Shown: positions 25,596 to 37,180 of the stretch, in pieces
How the letters are laid out: the number at the start of each line of letters is the position of its first letter
How positions within the stretch are numbered: position 1 is the stretch's first letter
Assembly: GCA_036785375.1 (NCBI GenBank)
Contig: JAWMAR010000001.1
Span: forward strand, 18,414,001 to 18,478,000
Source: Leucoraja ocellata
Taxonomy: Eukaryota
Direction: 5' to 3'
DNA length: 64,000 nucleotides
Translations under genes and position numbers: made by a program
The notes under the pieces: generated by a model
Seen by the model: only the letters and a program-made list of their open reading frames with translations
The model's database searches: none
Told to the model about the DNA's origin: nothing

Positions 25596-26059
25596 CTGTG
25601 TGCGTACGAGAAAAAGAGACCGATAGGAAACGTTAAATCAATTAGATTTCCTTGTATTAAATATTTTTTATACAGCATAACTTGGTCTAATGCAACCAGA
25701 TAGGGAGACCACCTTAGAATCATATATACCCCCACAGAACAACAGAAACACATGTCTAAGATTAGCTATTCCACCTCACCACCATTCCCAAAGTAATGCA
25801 ACATTCCACTGTGGAGAACTAACATCTCAGAAGTATCAGCAAAAGGGGTCTATTGTAACTGTTACAGCTCCCTAAATGGATTATCTACCTTCCCTCAGGG
25901 CTTTAATATTTCTCCTTTGTATGTTTACTGAATTTCCTCCCACATGTCACCAGTGAATCAGGTTCAAATCCCAGTTGGACTCTGACATAATGTCACTCTT
26001 TCCCCTTCAGGAATGTTTATTGTCAAAGAGGCCACCTTGAGATCTCAGCTTCATTCAAA

Positions 26060-26468
26060 ACTGATGCGTTGAAAACGCCGTCCATTTATACCTCACGCTG
26101 CCTCGGCAGGGCCAGCAGCATAATCAAAGATGAGTCGTCGCACCCTGGCCACTCTTTCCCCCTCTCCCATCAGGCAAAAGGTATGGAAGTGTGTAAACAC
26201 ACACCTCCAGATTCAGGGACAGTTTCTTCCCAGCTGTTAACAGACAACTGAACCGTCCTACCACAACTAGAGAGCAGTGCAGAACTACTATCAACCTCAT
26301 TGGCAACCCTCGGACTACCCTTGATCGGGCTTTGCTGGCTTTACCTTGCACTAAACATTATTCCCTTATCATGTATCTATACACTGTAAATGGCTCAATT
26401 GTAATCACGTTTTGTCTTTCTGCTGACTGGTTAGCATGCAACAAAAGCTGCATAATAAACTAAACTGA
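26060..26468 (+). mobile_element. Rex1/L2-like LINE 3' end
   Basis: Remnant reads SIYTSRCLGRASSIIKDESSHPGHS, followed by a 3'UTR ending aataaactaaactga. Confidence 0.7.
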
Positions 26469-27513
26469 AATGTTCAATACTCTTCAATCTTCATACCAAG
26501 TTATTCCCACAACTATTAACATCATCGCCTACACTGAACTCCTTCTCCCCCTGTCCACCCCTCCACCCCTCTCCAACTCATTCTATTCCCCATACCCTCA
26601 GCTTGTTATTTTCAGGGACTGCAAACAATAGTTTTTTACAGTTTTAAGATGGCAGGATAAAATCTTCACGTGATCAGAATTGGGATTACACCAGTCTGCT
26701 ACAGTAGTTATGCAAATTCTGCATGTTACTGAGGCTGCCTGGTATATCAATGAAAGAAGTGACTTTAGCGAGGGATTAATGAACAAAATTTAGGTTTCAG
26801 AACCGCACTCTGACCGGTGTGAACAGATCGCAAGTTTGCAACCACTTGAGATTATAACCCCTCTCTGCCCTGCTCAGGCAACCCAGCTGAGTCCTGGAAA
26901 AAGAATGATGGGCACATTTGGTGATGAGTTATGAAATTTCCTAACCTACCACCAAACCATCCTGGCAGTTTGATACAGAAAGACCTAAGAAAAACATGAG
27001 CCCTAAAAATAATGAATTTGAAAATTTCTTGGTAGAGCTTGGAAAAGTACAAATGTACAAAAGTAAGGTACGCCTAAAAAAAACCCCCAGAAAACATTTC
27101 ATTGCACAACATGATCAAACACATCAAGTGTTCCTTTTAATGAATAAATATGCTTTGCCCCCATCACTTCCTTTCCCCTAATAATGCCGATTTTGAAATA
27201 ATTGGATACTCTTCTCAGTACATTTTTATTGCTGCAATGGTACAGAAATATCACTGGTTGAGTGGAGGGCAAGGGCAAATGAAAAAAAAGAAACATAGGA
27301 AGTGTATGAATAGGCTTGTCTAAAAGTAGGAAGATAGTAATGGGGCAAGACTTAAATTTAGTACTGATGCGACATTTATTGATCACCTTACTAGGTCATG
27401 GACTGCGACCTCTAGAAAAGTGCAGGCAGAAACAGACACTAAGATTTGCTCACATAGATTGCACAGTATCATGACATCCCAGTCACAAGACACATTCAGA
27501 AAGCAGCCCTTAC

Positions 27514-27684
27514 GTGTCTAGCGTTTAGGTTTTGCATGTTAAGACCAGAGCCGATGCAGCCGAGGCTGGCGGTGGGTAGAGCAGTGCCTGAGGGAGACAG
27601 CTTGCAGCTTGGAGGAGGGGAGAAGGGCGAGTTAGGTGCCTCGTCAGACAGGCACCCATCTTGATTGGAGAAAGGCAAAGTCAG
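27514..27684 (-). CDS. TNRC6B: TNRC6B exon ([33 protein letters not shown]...NARH), symmetrical, possible cassette
   Basis: cttcag|CTG ... CAC|gtaagg; 171 nt, phase 0-0; resembles the TNRC6B [17 protein letters not shown] segment. Confidence 0.9.
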
Positions 27685-28564
27685 CTGAAGGAGGGTTAGC
27701 CAACCAGCATGCGATTGGGGGTGGGGATTGGGGGGGGGGGGGGGGGGAGGGAAGAAAGGGGCAGAGGGTGGGGGTATGAAACAGACAAGGACAGAGCACA
27801 AAAACAAGTTGTGGGTAGAGCGGGAAGAAGAAACAAAAAATGAGAGCAGTTAGGCCTCACACAGACAGTTAGATAAAATTAGTGCCATAATCAAACTTGC
27901 AATTAAAACCCCTTATCAGACACAGGTAACATCTAAGCTTTGTGCAGTGAAAAAGCAAGCCTTGCACTGCAAGATCTTTACTTTCCTATCACTGTACCAA
28001 TCTAAAACACACAAAGGCAACTTTTCATCTGTTAATAATTTATGAAACAAACTAATCTGCCAACTTAGAATTGCAATGGTGCATTCTATGGCGAACTGAA
28101 GTCTCTGCTCAAAAAGACGTACCAATGTTTGTAAGCAAACTGCAAGTAGTTGAAAATCATTCTCTGCACAGGAGGTTCTAGCCTTCTACACCAACAGAAT
28201 TCTGCTGTGGCTGAACTAGTCATATTTTGCCAGAGTAAGATGGGGAAGGGGTTCAAAATTATTCATGGCAGCTCTCAAATGTGTTGTTGATTAATATATC
28301 GATATGCTGGGCAATTAGTGCACTGTGCTTGCAGAATTGGAAGTAAAAAACAAAATCATCCAGATTTTTAAATTTAAAATACTAATAGATTTAATCTGCT
28401 ATAATTTTTTAGAGTTACAGTATGACTTTTTATATCCTTGCATTTTTTAAGCAGCAAGATGAAACAGGAAGTCGGGCCGATTTACAAAGCAAATCCATAC
28501 ATCCGTATTCTTATCGCATTGCTGTACAAAATACGAAAAATCCGTACTACTTGGCAGCTCTGTA

Positions 28565-28745
28565 TACCAAGCCTATTAACCTACAAGCCTATACGTCCTT
28601 GGGGTGTGGGAGGAAACCGAAGTTCTCGAAGAAAACCTACGCAGGTCATGAGAACGTTCAAACTCTGTACGGACAAGCACCCGTAGCCAGGATAAAACCC
28701 GGGTCTCTGGCGCTGTGAGGCAGCAACTCCATCACGGTGCTGCCC
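28565..28745 (-). mobile_element. HE1-like SINE 5' portion
   Basis: gggaggaaaccg...cccgggtctctggcgctgtgaggcagcaactc...gtgctgccc. Confidence 0.8.
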
Positions 28746-29180
28746 TGTCTTGCATGCTCATGGGTTTCTGCCTTTTCTGAGGGGGTTCCGGATGTTGAGG
28801 CTCCCACCGAATGATTCAAATAGTAGCAAGGACATATTTCCACTCCTTCTGGTTATTCCCCTTCCTATAACTACAATCAATTATAAAGTCTGATGAAGCA
28901 AGTATGTCTGGAAACATTTATACTTCAGATACTTGTCCCTTTTGTTTTTATAATTTAATTTATTTTGCCTGCCACAAAAGACCGAGATTTCTTTTCCCTC
29001 CCAATCCCTGTCCTTCCACATTATTAAAGCCCTTTACATTTGTAACCCTTTCCAGTTCTGACAGTAGGTTTTCATTCTAAAATATTAAATCTCTCTCTCT
29101 AACTCTAATGATGCCACGTGATCTTTAGTGATTTCCATCATTTGCTGTCTATCTGACCTTTCAGTGAGTGAATGTTGAGC

Positions 29181-29463
29181 TACAGTGGCGTGGCAGTTGA
29201 GTTGCTGCCTTCCAGCACCTAAGACTCGGGTTCGATTCTGACTAAGGGTGATGTCTGTACGGAGTTTGTACGTTCTCCCTGTGGTTTCCCTCCCACACTG
29301 CAAAGACATGTAAGTTTGTAGATAAATTAGCTTCTATACATTGCCCCAAGTGTGTAGGATGCGAAAGTGGGATGACATGGAATTAGTGTGCGAGTGATCA
29401 ATGGTCAGTGTGGATTTGATAGGCCGAAGAGCCTGTTGCCATACTGTGCCTCCATCTCTAAAC
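29181..29463 (+). mobile_element. HE1-like SINE, opposite orientation to the other copies
   Basis: cagtggcg...gagttgctgcc...cgggttcgattctgact (B box)...gagtttgtacgttctccc...ggccgaagagcctgt. Confidence 0.8.
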
Positions 29464-30038
29464 ATAATGTTAACATGATTGCTCATCACTCTGATATGAA
29501 GTCAATTCACTTGAGAAGAAGTCTGTTCAGATAGTAAATTAAACCTGATCCAACCATCCCCCAATCCAAATCCCACCCAAGCATTTATTTTCTTCTGTGT
29601 CCAACCGAGAGATATTATAAGAATATTGGGCTGCCATAAATGATACAAAGTCACACCCAAATAAAGACAATCTAAGGAAGTACATCATGCACCTCACGTC
29701 CCTGCCACCACCACCTACTCCAGCATTTTGTGTCTATCTTTGGTATTAACCAGCACCTGCAATTGTTTGTTTCTACATAACTAGAGAGAACATGGTCGGT
29801 GTGGACTCGGTGGGCCATAGGGCCCGCTTCCTTGCTATATCTCTGAACCAAGTACAAGATGAGCTGGCCCAGTGCCTAATCCCCAGTATTTTATTAGAAC
29901 ATACAACTGGCCTAAACACAATCATATCCCATCAGATTTGGGTCGCCATGTTCTGCTCCAGATAAATGATTTTAGGATGTTTGTGGAAGAATGGTAAGTA
30001 ATATAAATGTAAGTATTCTCTATCAGTGGAGACCTCAC

Positions 30039-30184
30039 CTTCTCAAAGTAGGGTCCACTGTCTGTGGTGGGCGAATCTTTGGAATTTGATGGCCGGAATC
30101 CAGAACGTTCCTTTCTCATCATTCCATTGTAATCCATGTTCATGCCACGTTTATCAGATTCCAGCTTTTTGTCTGGTAGACCAC
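30039..30184 (-). CDS. TNRC6B: TNRC6B exon ([31 protein letters not shown]...DSGPYFEK)
   Basis: tttcag|GT ... AAG|gtgagg; 146 nt, phase 1-0. Confidence 0.95.
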
Positions 30185-31554
30185 CTGAAAGAAACAGAAT
30201 AATTTAACCATAGCTACGAACCTAGTTAAAATGCATCACTTAAATGCATCACTATAGATAACTGTCCAACAGGATATAGTTGTTAGAAGAAAATGTAATT
30301 ATGACCAGAAAACCTCAGCTTTAATTCATATTCTGGCCTTAATAAACAAACGGTATTTATATCACATGATACAGTGGTAGGCCACACATGTCCTCAAGTC
30401 TGCTTCATCATTCAATATCCGTGCTCACTGTCCTATGGGATCTCCATGTACCTCTATTCTTAAAAATATATTAATCTCAGCCTAAATGTACTTAACATTT
30501 CAACATCCATAGCCCTAGGGAGTTGAAGATTTCAAAGAAGTAAAATCAGAACTGCACATGCTGGTTTACACAAAAGGATCCAAAGTATGGAGTAATTCAG
30601 CAGGTCGGGCAGCATCTCTGGGGAACATGGATCCTTGTTTTCCATAGATGTTGCCTGACACGTTGAGTTGCACCAACATTTCGTGTCCTTATTTCTAGGA
30701 CTTATAGCATATAAAGGTTTTACTTTGTTTGCCCCAAATTAGCACTTATTCTGAGACTGTTCCCCAAATTCTACATTTGTCAGACTGAGGAAACAGCTTC
30801 CAAGCATTGACACTGTTAAGTCACTCTTGGAATCTGTTACATCTAAATCAGATCACCTCTCATTCTCCCTAAACCCAGATACAAGCCAGGTTCTCTTAAT
30901 CCCAAGAATCAATCCAGTGCACGGACTTCAAGGCAAAGATAATCTCTCCAGCATTTTGTGCCTATCTTATGAAATATACTCTCTCATTAGGTACAGATAC
31001 CAAAATTGCCCACAGAACTCCTGCTGCAGCCTCAAAATCCTGTACACTCTCCACAAAACTTTTACTCAAAACCTCTTGCAATAACTACCAACAAACCTGA
31101 TGTACCCCAATGCTTACAGTAATCTGCATTTATCCTTCTTACACAAGTACGCACATTTCTGAAAAATTGGAGTGCATTGTCCTATGTACTGATACCATTA
31201 TTATTAATAGGCTGCAGGCGGCTTGCTTATTGTTAACGATTGACCCATCTTACTTTATGATTTCAATTAAAGAAAAGGGTAAGTGATTAAAGCCAGAAAA
31301 TCAAAACAAAAACTGCAGATGATGAAATCTGAATTAAAAACAGAAAACGTGGATGCTTCAGATGTTTCTTTTTCTGCTTTGATTAAAGTCTGAACTGCAT
31401 CCTGATAAGAATCAGCAATCAGTACTAAGATTGTAATCGCATCAATTTTCAAACTCAGCGCTTCACTCGATAAGACTGCAATTTATCACAGGTACCAGAG
31501 CTACAATCATTTATCTCCTTGAAATAAATCATCTTAATCCCGTTTAATACTCAC

Positions 31555-31603
31555 CAACAGTTAAGTCCATTTTGTTACCAACGCTGTCTTCGGAAGACTC
31601 CCT
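31555..31603 (-). CDS. TNRC6B: TNRC6B 49-nt exon (RESSEDSVGNKMDLTV)
   Basis: ttcgcag|AGG ... G|gtgagt; phase 0-1 links both neighbours; KMDLxVG matches TNRC6B. Confidence 0.9.
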
Positions 31604-33211
31604 CTGCGAATAGAGCAATGACACAATGAATGCAGATAACAGGCAACTTAAAAATCCGTTTCCTGGAGCCCACTCATTGCTAGATTTATTTTACCCACAG
31701 TTATCCTCAGAAACTGTAGGAAGTATAAATGTTTGACAATCTGGTTCTGCAGTTTAGGCTGTACATTTCTGTCTGCTCAGAATTCAGCAAAAGAGGAAAA
31801 GGTTTTATCCAATTGTTAAGACTTGAATTTGACCCCCAATGGTGATCATTAAGCAACAAACCTATGTACCATTCACAAATGTTGGCTGTAAACCCATGTA
31901 CCATTCACATTTAAGTGTTCTAAAATAGAATAGATTTCCAGTTAAAAAAAAACTCCAGACATTTCTAATTTAACTCCATAGCTTACTTAAAGCACAGATT
32001 AGTAAAAAAAAAATACTGTAGTGTAAAATATACTTATAAGCATCTAATTGCAATCTTTATTGAACAATTACATTCTGGACACAGCTGAATCAAATGGTAA
32101 GCAGGTTAAAAACATAACAAAAAACCTTACAGATGTGCTTCTTCTCCTTTTATACAATATATAACAAATTCTACCCTCCTGCTTAACATCTCCCAAGAAA
32201 CTCAAGTTTCTCTGTGTATTTAGCTCTTTTTCCTAGCACCAACTAATATTGGTGTCTCCCATCAAACATCAGGGCTGAAAATTAGTAGCTGTAATCCCCA
32301 GGGATAACCACAAAACATATAAAATCACACCAATCATTTTAAAGACCGTTTTAAAAATATATAAATGTTGGCTGTAACCCAACATTGGTATTTTATGTTA
32401 TATATTGCCGGAAGGCAGCTGGCTTGCGAGGTATTAAGACAGATTATGGTAGTAAAGTTTAATGGTAAAGATTACAAATTATCTGTCATGTAAGGGACTT
32501 GAGGAATCAATAAACAAATATGACCCAATGCAACATTTTACAGTTTCTGAACGATGCCATAATCATAACAGAACTGCAGATCATGTCATTCCAATGTGGT
32601 CACTTGGATTAGTGTGTGTAATTTACAACATTAAGCCTCTGCTGACCAAGGCTCATTACTCTAAGCCTCTTGTGACAGAGGCGGTGTTGGCTGCAGTAGA
32701 AAACATACCAAAATGAGCTGTATAAATCTTCCTGGATCACTGTATTCTTATATGTAGTCCATTTGGACGGTTAAAAGCACCCTGTGGCATAATTATCGAT
32801 CCTTTCCATCTAAATTTATGCTGCAGCAAGATCGAGTATGTTACATTTTGTGCTATATAACACCAGGTTAAAGTTCTACAGCGTAAAGACATAATACCAG
32901 TGGTGGCAATAGTGTTGGTGCAGTTTGAGATAACAAATTGAGGACAGTGCAAAGGAAGTAAATTGCACATTAAAACTGTGCAGTTTGCATTGCAACAAAT
33001 AAACAACACCTTTTTTGTAATAGGAAATAAGTTTACAGTGACTTTCTGTTTAACTTGTATTGCAGATCACTTCAGTCTATTTTTTTGTCACAAAACTATT
33101 TTTCATGAGGTTTACAGTGATAAGGCTAATCAGCAATTGGCTTAATGTGATAAATTTAACTGGCAAAGCGGTACATCAAGGCTTCAGCATGTTCAGTAAA
33201 ACTAATCTTAC

Positions 33212-33286
33212 CAGTAATCCCATTTTGGAAAATTGTGAAGAGAGGGGGTTTATCCATGTGTCATTGTTCCCACCTTTCATGGAGCC
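33212..33286 (-). CDS. TNRC6B: TNRC6B 75-nt exon ([25 protein letters not shown]), degenerate UBA-region start
   Basis: tccag|GGC ... CTG|gtaaga; phase 0-0; resembles TNRC6B KGGNNDSWMNPL..QFS.MGLL. Confidence 0.93.
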
Positions 33287-33613
33287 CTGGAGGAAAGAGG
33301 CAGTGAAACAAGAGTAATCGTCAGAGTAGAAATATTGAGTTGTCTTCTTATTTCAGACACTATTGCTGTGGATTTTCTAATCTTCTTCAGATTTTTGATG
33401 GTAATAGTCTCTCATTAATCCAATCAGATCATTCAGCTGAATTAAATCTGTCTGCTATTTCTTCCTCAAGATCGTGCAAGTACCCCAAGTATTTACCATT
33501 TTGTCAAATTTCGTGGAATGGGTCACATAAAGGATCACTCTACTATTTATACATTTTAAACCTCAATGCTTTTTTGCAAAAAAAGTAATCTAAATCTTCC
33601 ACAATTAAAAAAC

Positions 33614-33721
33614 AGAATTCCTATTTCTTCACAATGCAGGCAAATCTTGTGTTATAGCCATTTGCGTGACAGAAATTTGCCCTTCACAAATCTCCACCCA
33701 AAAGTCTGAGGAGCAGAATAA
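33614..33721 (+). repeat. 108-bp direct repeat, copy 1 (copy 2 at 35039-35146)
   Basis: Ungapped hand alignment with 6 mismatches. Confidence 0.9.
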
Positions 33722-33892
33722 TCCAAAGCCCATTTCCTGAAATTACAGGACACACATTATCATGGGTGATAGGTAAACATTTAAACTAATGTTTCCTCAT
33801 GATTTATCATCAATTTTGATACAAAATTAATAATCATGCTGCAAGAGTATTTTACCCAATGAACCAAACAGGTACCACAGGCCACTATGTCT

Positions 33893-34085
33893 AGGAAAGA
33901 ACTGCAGATGCTGGTTTAAATCAAAGGTAGACACAAAATGCTGGAGTAACTCAGTGGGACAGGCAGCATCTCTGGATAGAAGGAATGGATGGCGTTTCAG
34001 GTCTAGTCCCTTCTTCAGACTGATGTCAGGGGAGTGGGCGGGACAGAGATAGACAGTAAGACTGGTGGGAGAACTGGGAATGGGG
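33893..34085 (-). mobile_element. Penelope-like element terminal fragment with degenerate hammerhead core
   Basis: Closely matches 54195-54400 (actgcagatgctggtttaaatcaaaggtagacacaaaatgctggagtaact...cccttcttcagactgatgtcagg). Confidence 0.8.
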
Positions 34086-35038
34086 CCCCTCCCAGAAAAC
34101 AGGAGCAGAATGGATCAACTCAAACTCCACCCCATTCAAGACGATCGCACCTAATCTGTCCCAAGCTGCTTCTCCTCTTCTGTGCCTGATCCACATTGTC
34201 CTCAGTTCCCCTTAAATACTCTTTAAAAACCTTCAGTGAATCAAGCCCACAATTCTCAGTGGTAGATAATTCCATGAAGTTCAACACTCTTGGTAAGAAA
34301 AATTCCTTGCATCTCAGTTTTAAATTGGCATCCCCTTATCCTGTAACAATGTCCCATGCTTCAACATCTCTGAATAATGGAAACAGCTTAACATCTGACC
34401 CTGTTCTCTGTTTCAATAAGATCACCCTTATTCTTCTAACTCAAAAGAACGTTTGTGATAGGACAATCCGCTCACCCCATGATTAAAAATGAGCAATAAT
34501 ACCCAGACCTCTTTCTACTTCACTCATTTGCAATTAGATAAAATTTCCTTTGTTTCTTCTTTCCAAAGTATAGACCTCACACTTCCCCCTGTTAAACTCC
34601 ATTTGTCAAGTTTCTACTCACTCAAGATATGTCCTACAGCAGAGTAATAAATATCCTCATAACAGCATGCCCTCCAACCATTTTTCACATCATCAGAAAA
34701 TTCTAATGCCTTGTATGCCCCTCCCTCCTCCAAATCATCAATGTAGATACAAAATGATCAAGCAACAAGTTTTTAAAACCCATTAACACACATTTCTCAG
34801 CATCACAAGCTCTTATTTGTGCAACAGCCTTTGATGTGGCACTTTGTCAAACTCCCTCAATTGCAGTAAAGGTCTCCTTACTGGGATTTACATGCATGCA
34901 AGATAATCTTTTTGGAACATGTAACATGCTTCAGAGCACTGAGTGGGATAGACCTTTGGGCATTGAATGGTGCAGCAAACTTGATGGCCCATATGACCCT
35001 ATCTGCTCTTATTTCCTCTGTCATAAAGATATCACTAT

Positions 35039-35146
35039 AGAATTCCTATTTCTTCACAATGCTGGCAAATCTTGCATTATAGCCATTTGCGTTACAGAAA
35101 TTTGCCCTTCACAAATCACCACCCAAAAGTTTGAGGAGCAGAATAA
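35039..35146 (+). repeat. 108-bp direct repeat, copy 2
   Basis: Matches 33614-33721. Confidence 0.9.
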
Positions 35147-36555
35147 AATTTTATCTCTCAAGAGTTTGTGCTGAAGGAAAAAGGTAGCTTTTAACTAAAC
35201 ACAAAATGTTATTATCGTTAAATTTGCATTTCCTAACATATGGGCAGCTAATGCAATTTTGTGTTACAGAAAATCACAGTGCAGGCCGATTACTAGAAAT
35301 GCAACTTGCCTGTAACAGAGGGGGTTGCCTGAAGTCAGCCCTTTCTAATTGAAATTGAAATAAGTCATCAATTTAATGCCAACAAGTGTGAAATAGATGC
35401 AGACTGTTGGGTGTTACAGCTCAGAAAAAAATCAAAGGAAAAAAGTACTGGAGGAATATTCTCACTGTTATTAGGTAGCAACTGCTTAGCTCTAGTTTGA
35501 GTTGCACTTATACAGTGCTGGGATACGGATGATAGATTATCTCACAGCAAGTCGCTGCAATCTGCTTACTGCTAAACTAGAACAAACTCTACATAGCGAC
35601 TACTATGATCAAAATTATATATTTTTAGCAGTACTAATGATTCGGACATGGAGACAGAATAACAATGTCGCACAATTTAAAAAATAACATGAACTTAGCA
35701 TTTTAAATTATTTTCATTAAAACTTTAAGTAAGTAAGTTTATTGACCAAGTATTCACATACAAGGAATTTGCCTTGGTGCTCCGCCCACAAGTAACAACA
35801 TGACATACAGTGACAGTTACGAATGACTCCGAAAACACTAAACATTAATAATAATAAAACATTAATGATAAAACACTATTGATCAAGCATGTGAACCAAC
35901 AAAATACCAGATCAAAGGGAGGCTATAGATTTTTGGCTGTTGAGAACTTCATTACTACTTCATTGACTGCGGATGGTTCGACTCCCCCGACCACGGGAGA
36001 ACAAAGAGGGAAGAAAATTAGACTTTATTCCCAGTGAGAAATGTGGGGAATCCGCTGTGGTGGATGTTTATGTTAACTTTTATGTAGTTGTGTGTCTTGT
36101 TGCTTTTTTTAGTATGGCAGTATGGTAATCAAGTTTCACTGTACCTTAATTGGTACATGTGACAATAAACTGACCCTTGACCTTGAACTATAAATTTACA
36201 CTGAGGAAATTGCACAACCACATGTTGTGAATCTAAAAATAATTTGGATTTGTTCAAGACAGAACTCTCTCTTGTCAACCAACCACTCCCCCCCCCCCCC
36301 CCCCCCACTGCACCCTACAAAACTTGTTAGATTGGGTTTTTGAGCTATTGTAATTATAAATGGATTTATGGAACCGTTATGTTGGAAAATTGAAATACCG
36401 GATGGTGCCCAGGAAGTTGGCTAGCAAACCACTGACATTGTTACAATGTTAACATTACCTCAGATCGCAAGGTGTTTTTTTTTTTGCAGATTACAGTAAA
36501 TTGGATGTATTCCCAAAGCTTCCCACCCCTCTCACTATTGCCAGGTTTTCTTCAA

Positions 36556-36720
36556 GGATAGACACAAAATGCTGGAGCAACTCATTGGGTCAGGCAGCAT
36601 CTCAGGAGAAAAAGAATGTGATGTTTCGAGTTGGAACCCTTCTTCAGACTGGAAGTAGAGGTGTAGGGAAGGAGGAAATATAAACTAGAGGCGAGAAAAG
36701 GCCAGAACCAATCAGGGCCG
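36556..36720 (-). mobile_element. Penelope-derived terminal fragment with hammerhead-like core
   Basis: Minus strand reads GTCTGAAGAAGGGTTCCAACTCGAAACATCAC. Confidence 0.7.
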
Positions 36721-36995
36721 AAAAAAAGTTGTTTTTTTTTTTACCGTCATTGCATGTGTCATTCAATGGCACTATCAAATATCGAGGTTAAATCGCACAG
36801 ATATCACAGCTTGTTCACTTCTTCAAACCTGCAAGTAAATTAAAGTTTCCAAGAACTGTCTATCATCATAGGGAATGCCACACAGAGCAAGACGCTGCCT
36901 CGACTTCTGTCTGAACACCGTTCATGCACCAAGTTCCCGAAAATGAGAAGGCACTTTGCGAACTGCTTATTTTCACAGAACTTTTCCTTTCTTAC

Positions 36996-37180
36996 CTTGT
37001 GAATTTTCTTCCCGCCTGAGGTCCAGTTAGCTGAGTTGTAGGGTGAACTACTCTCCTGAGTTCCAGTACTGTTCCACAGGCCCATTGAATTATCATCATC
37101 TTCTTCCCAGCTTGGGGGACGAGTATTTGCCACAGTAGGTCGATCGCCACCTCCCCATCCATCCTGCATTGATTTTGAAC
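36996..37180 (-). CDS. TNRC6B: TNRC6B exon ([14 protein letters not shown]...[18 protein letters not shown]...GGKKIHK)
   Basis: ttcag|GT ... AAG|gtaaga; 185 nt, phase 1-0; KSMQDGW and SWEE motifs. Confidence 0.96.

Noticed and set aside
31858-32386. Short repeats (atgtaccattcaca twice; aaatgttggctgtaa twice; hairpin aatgttgg...ccaacatt)
   Set aside because: Too short and irregular to support any element or array.
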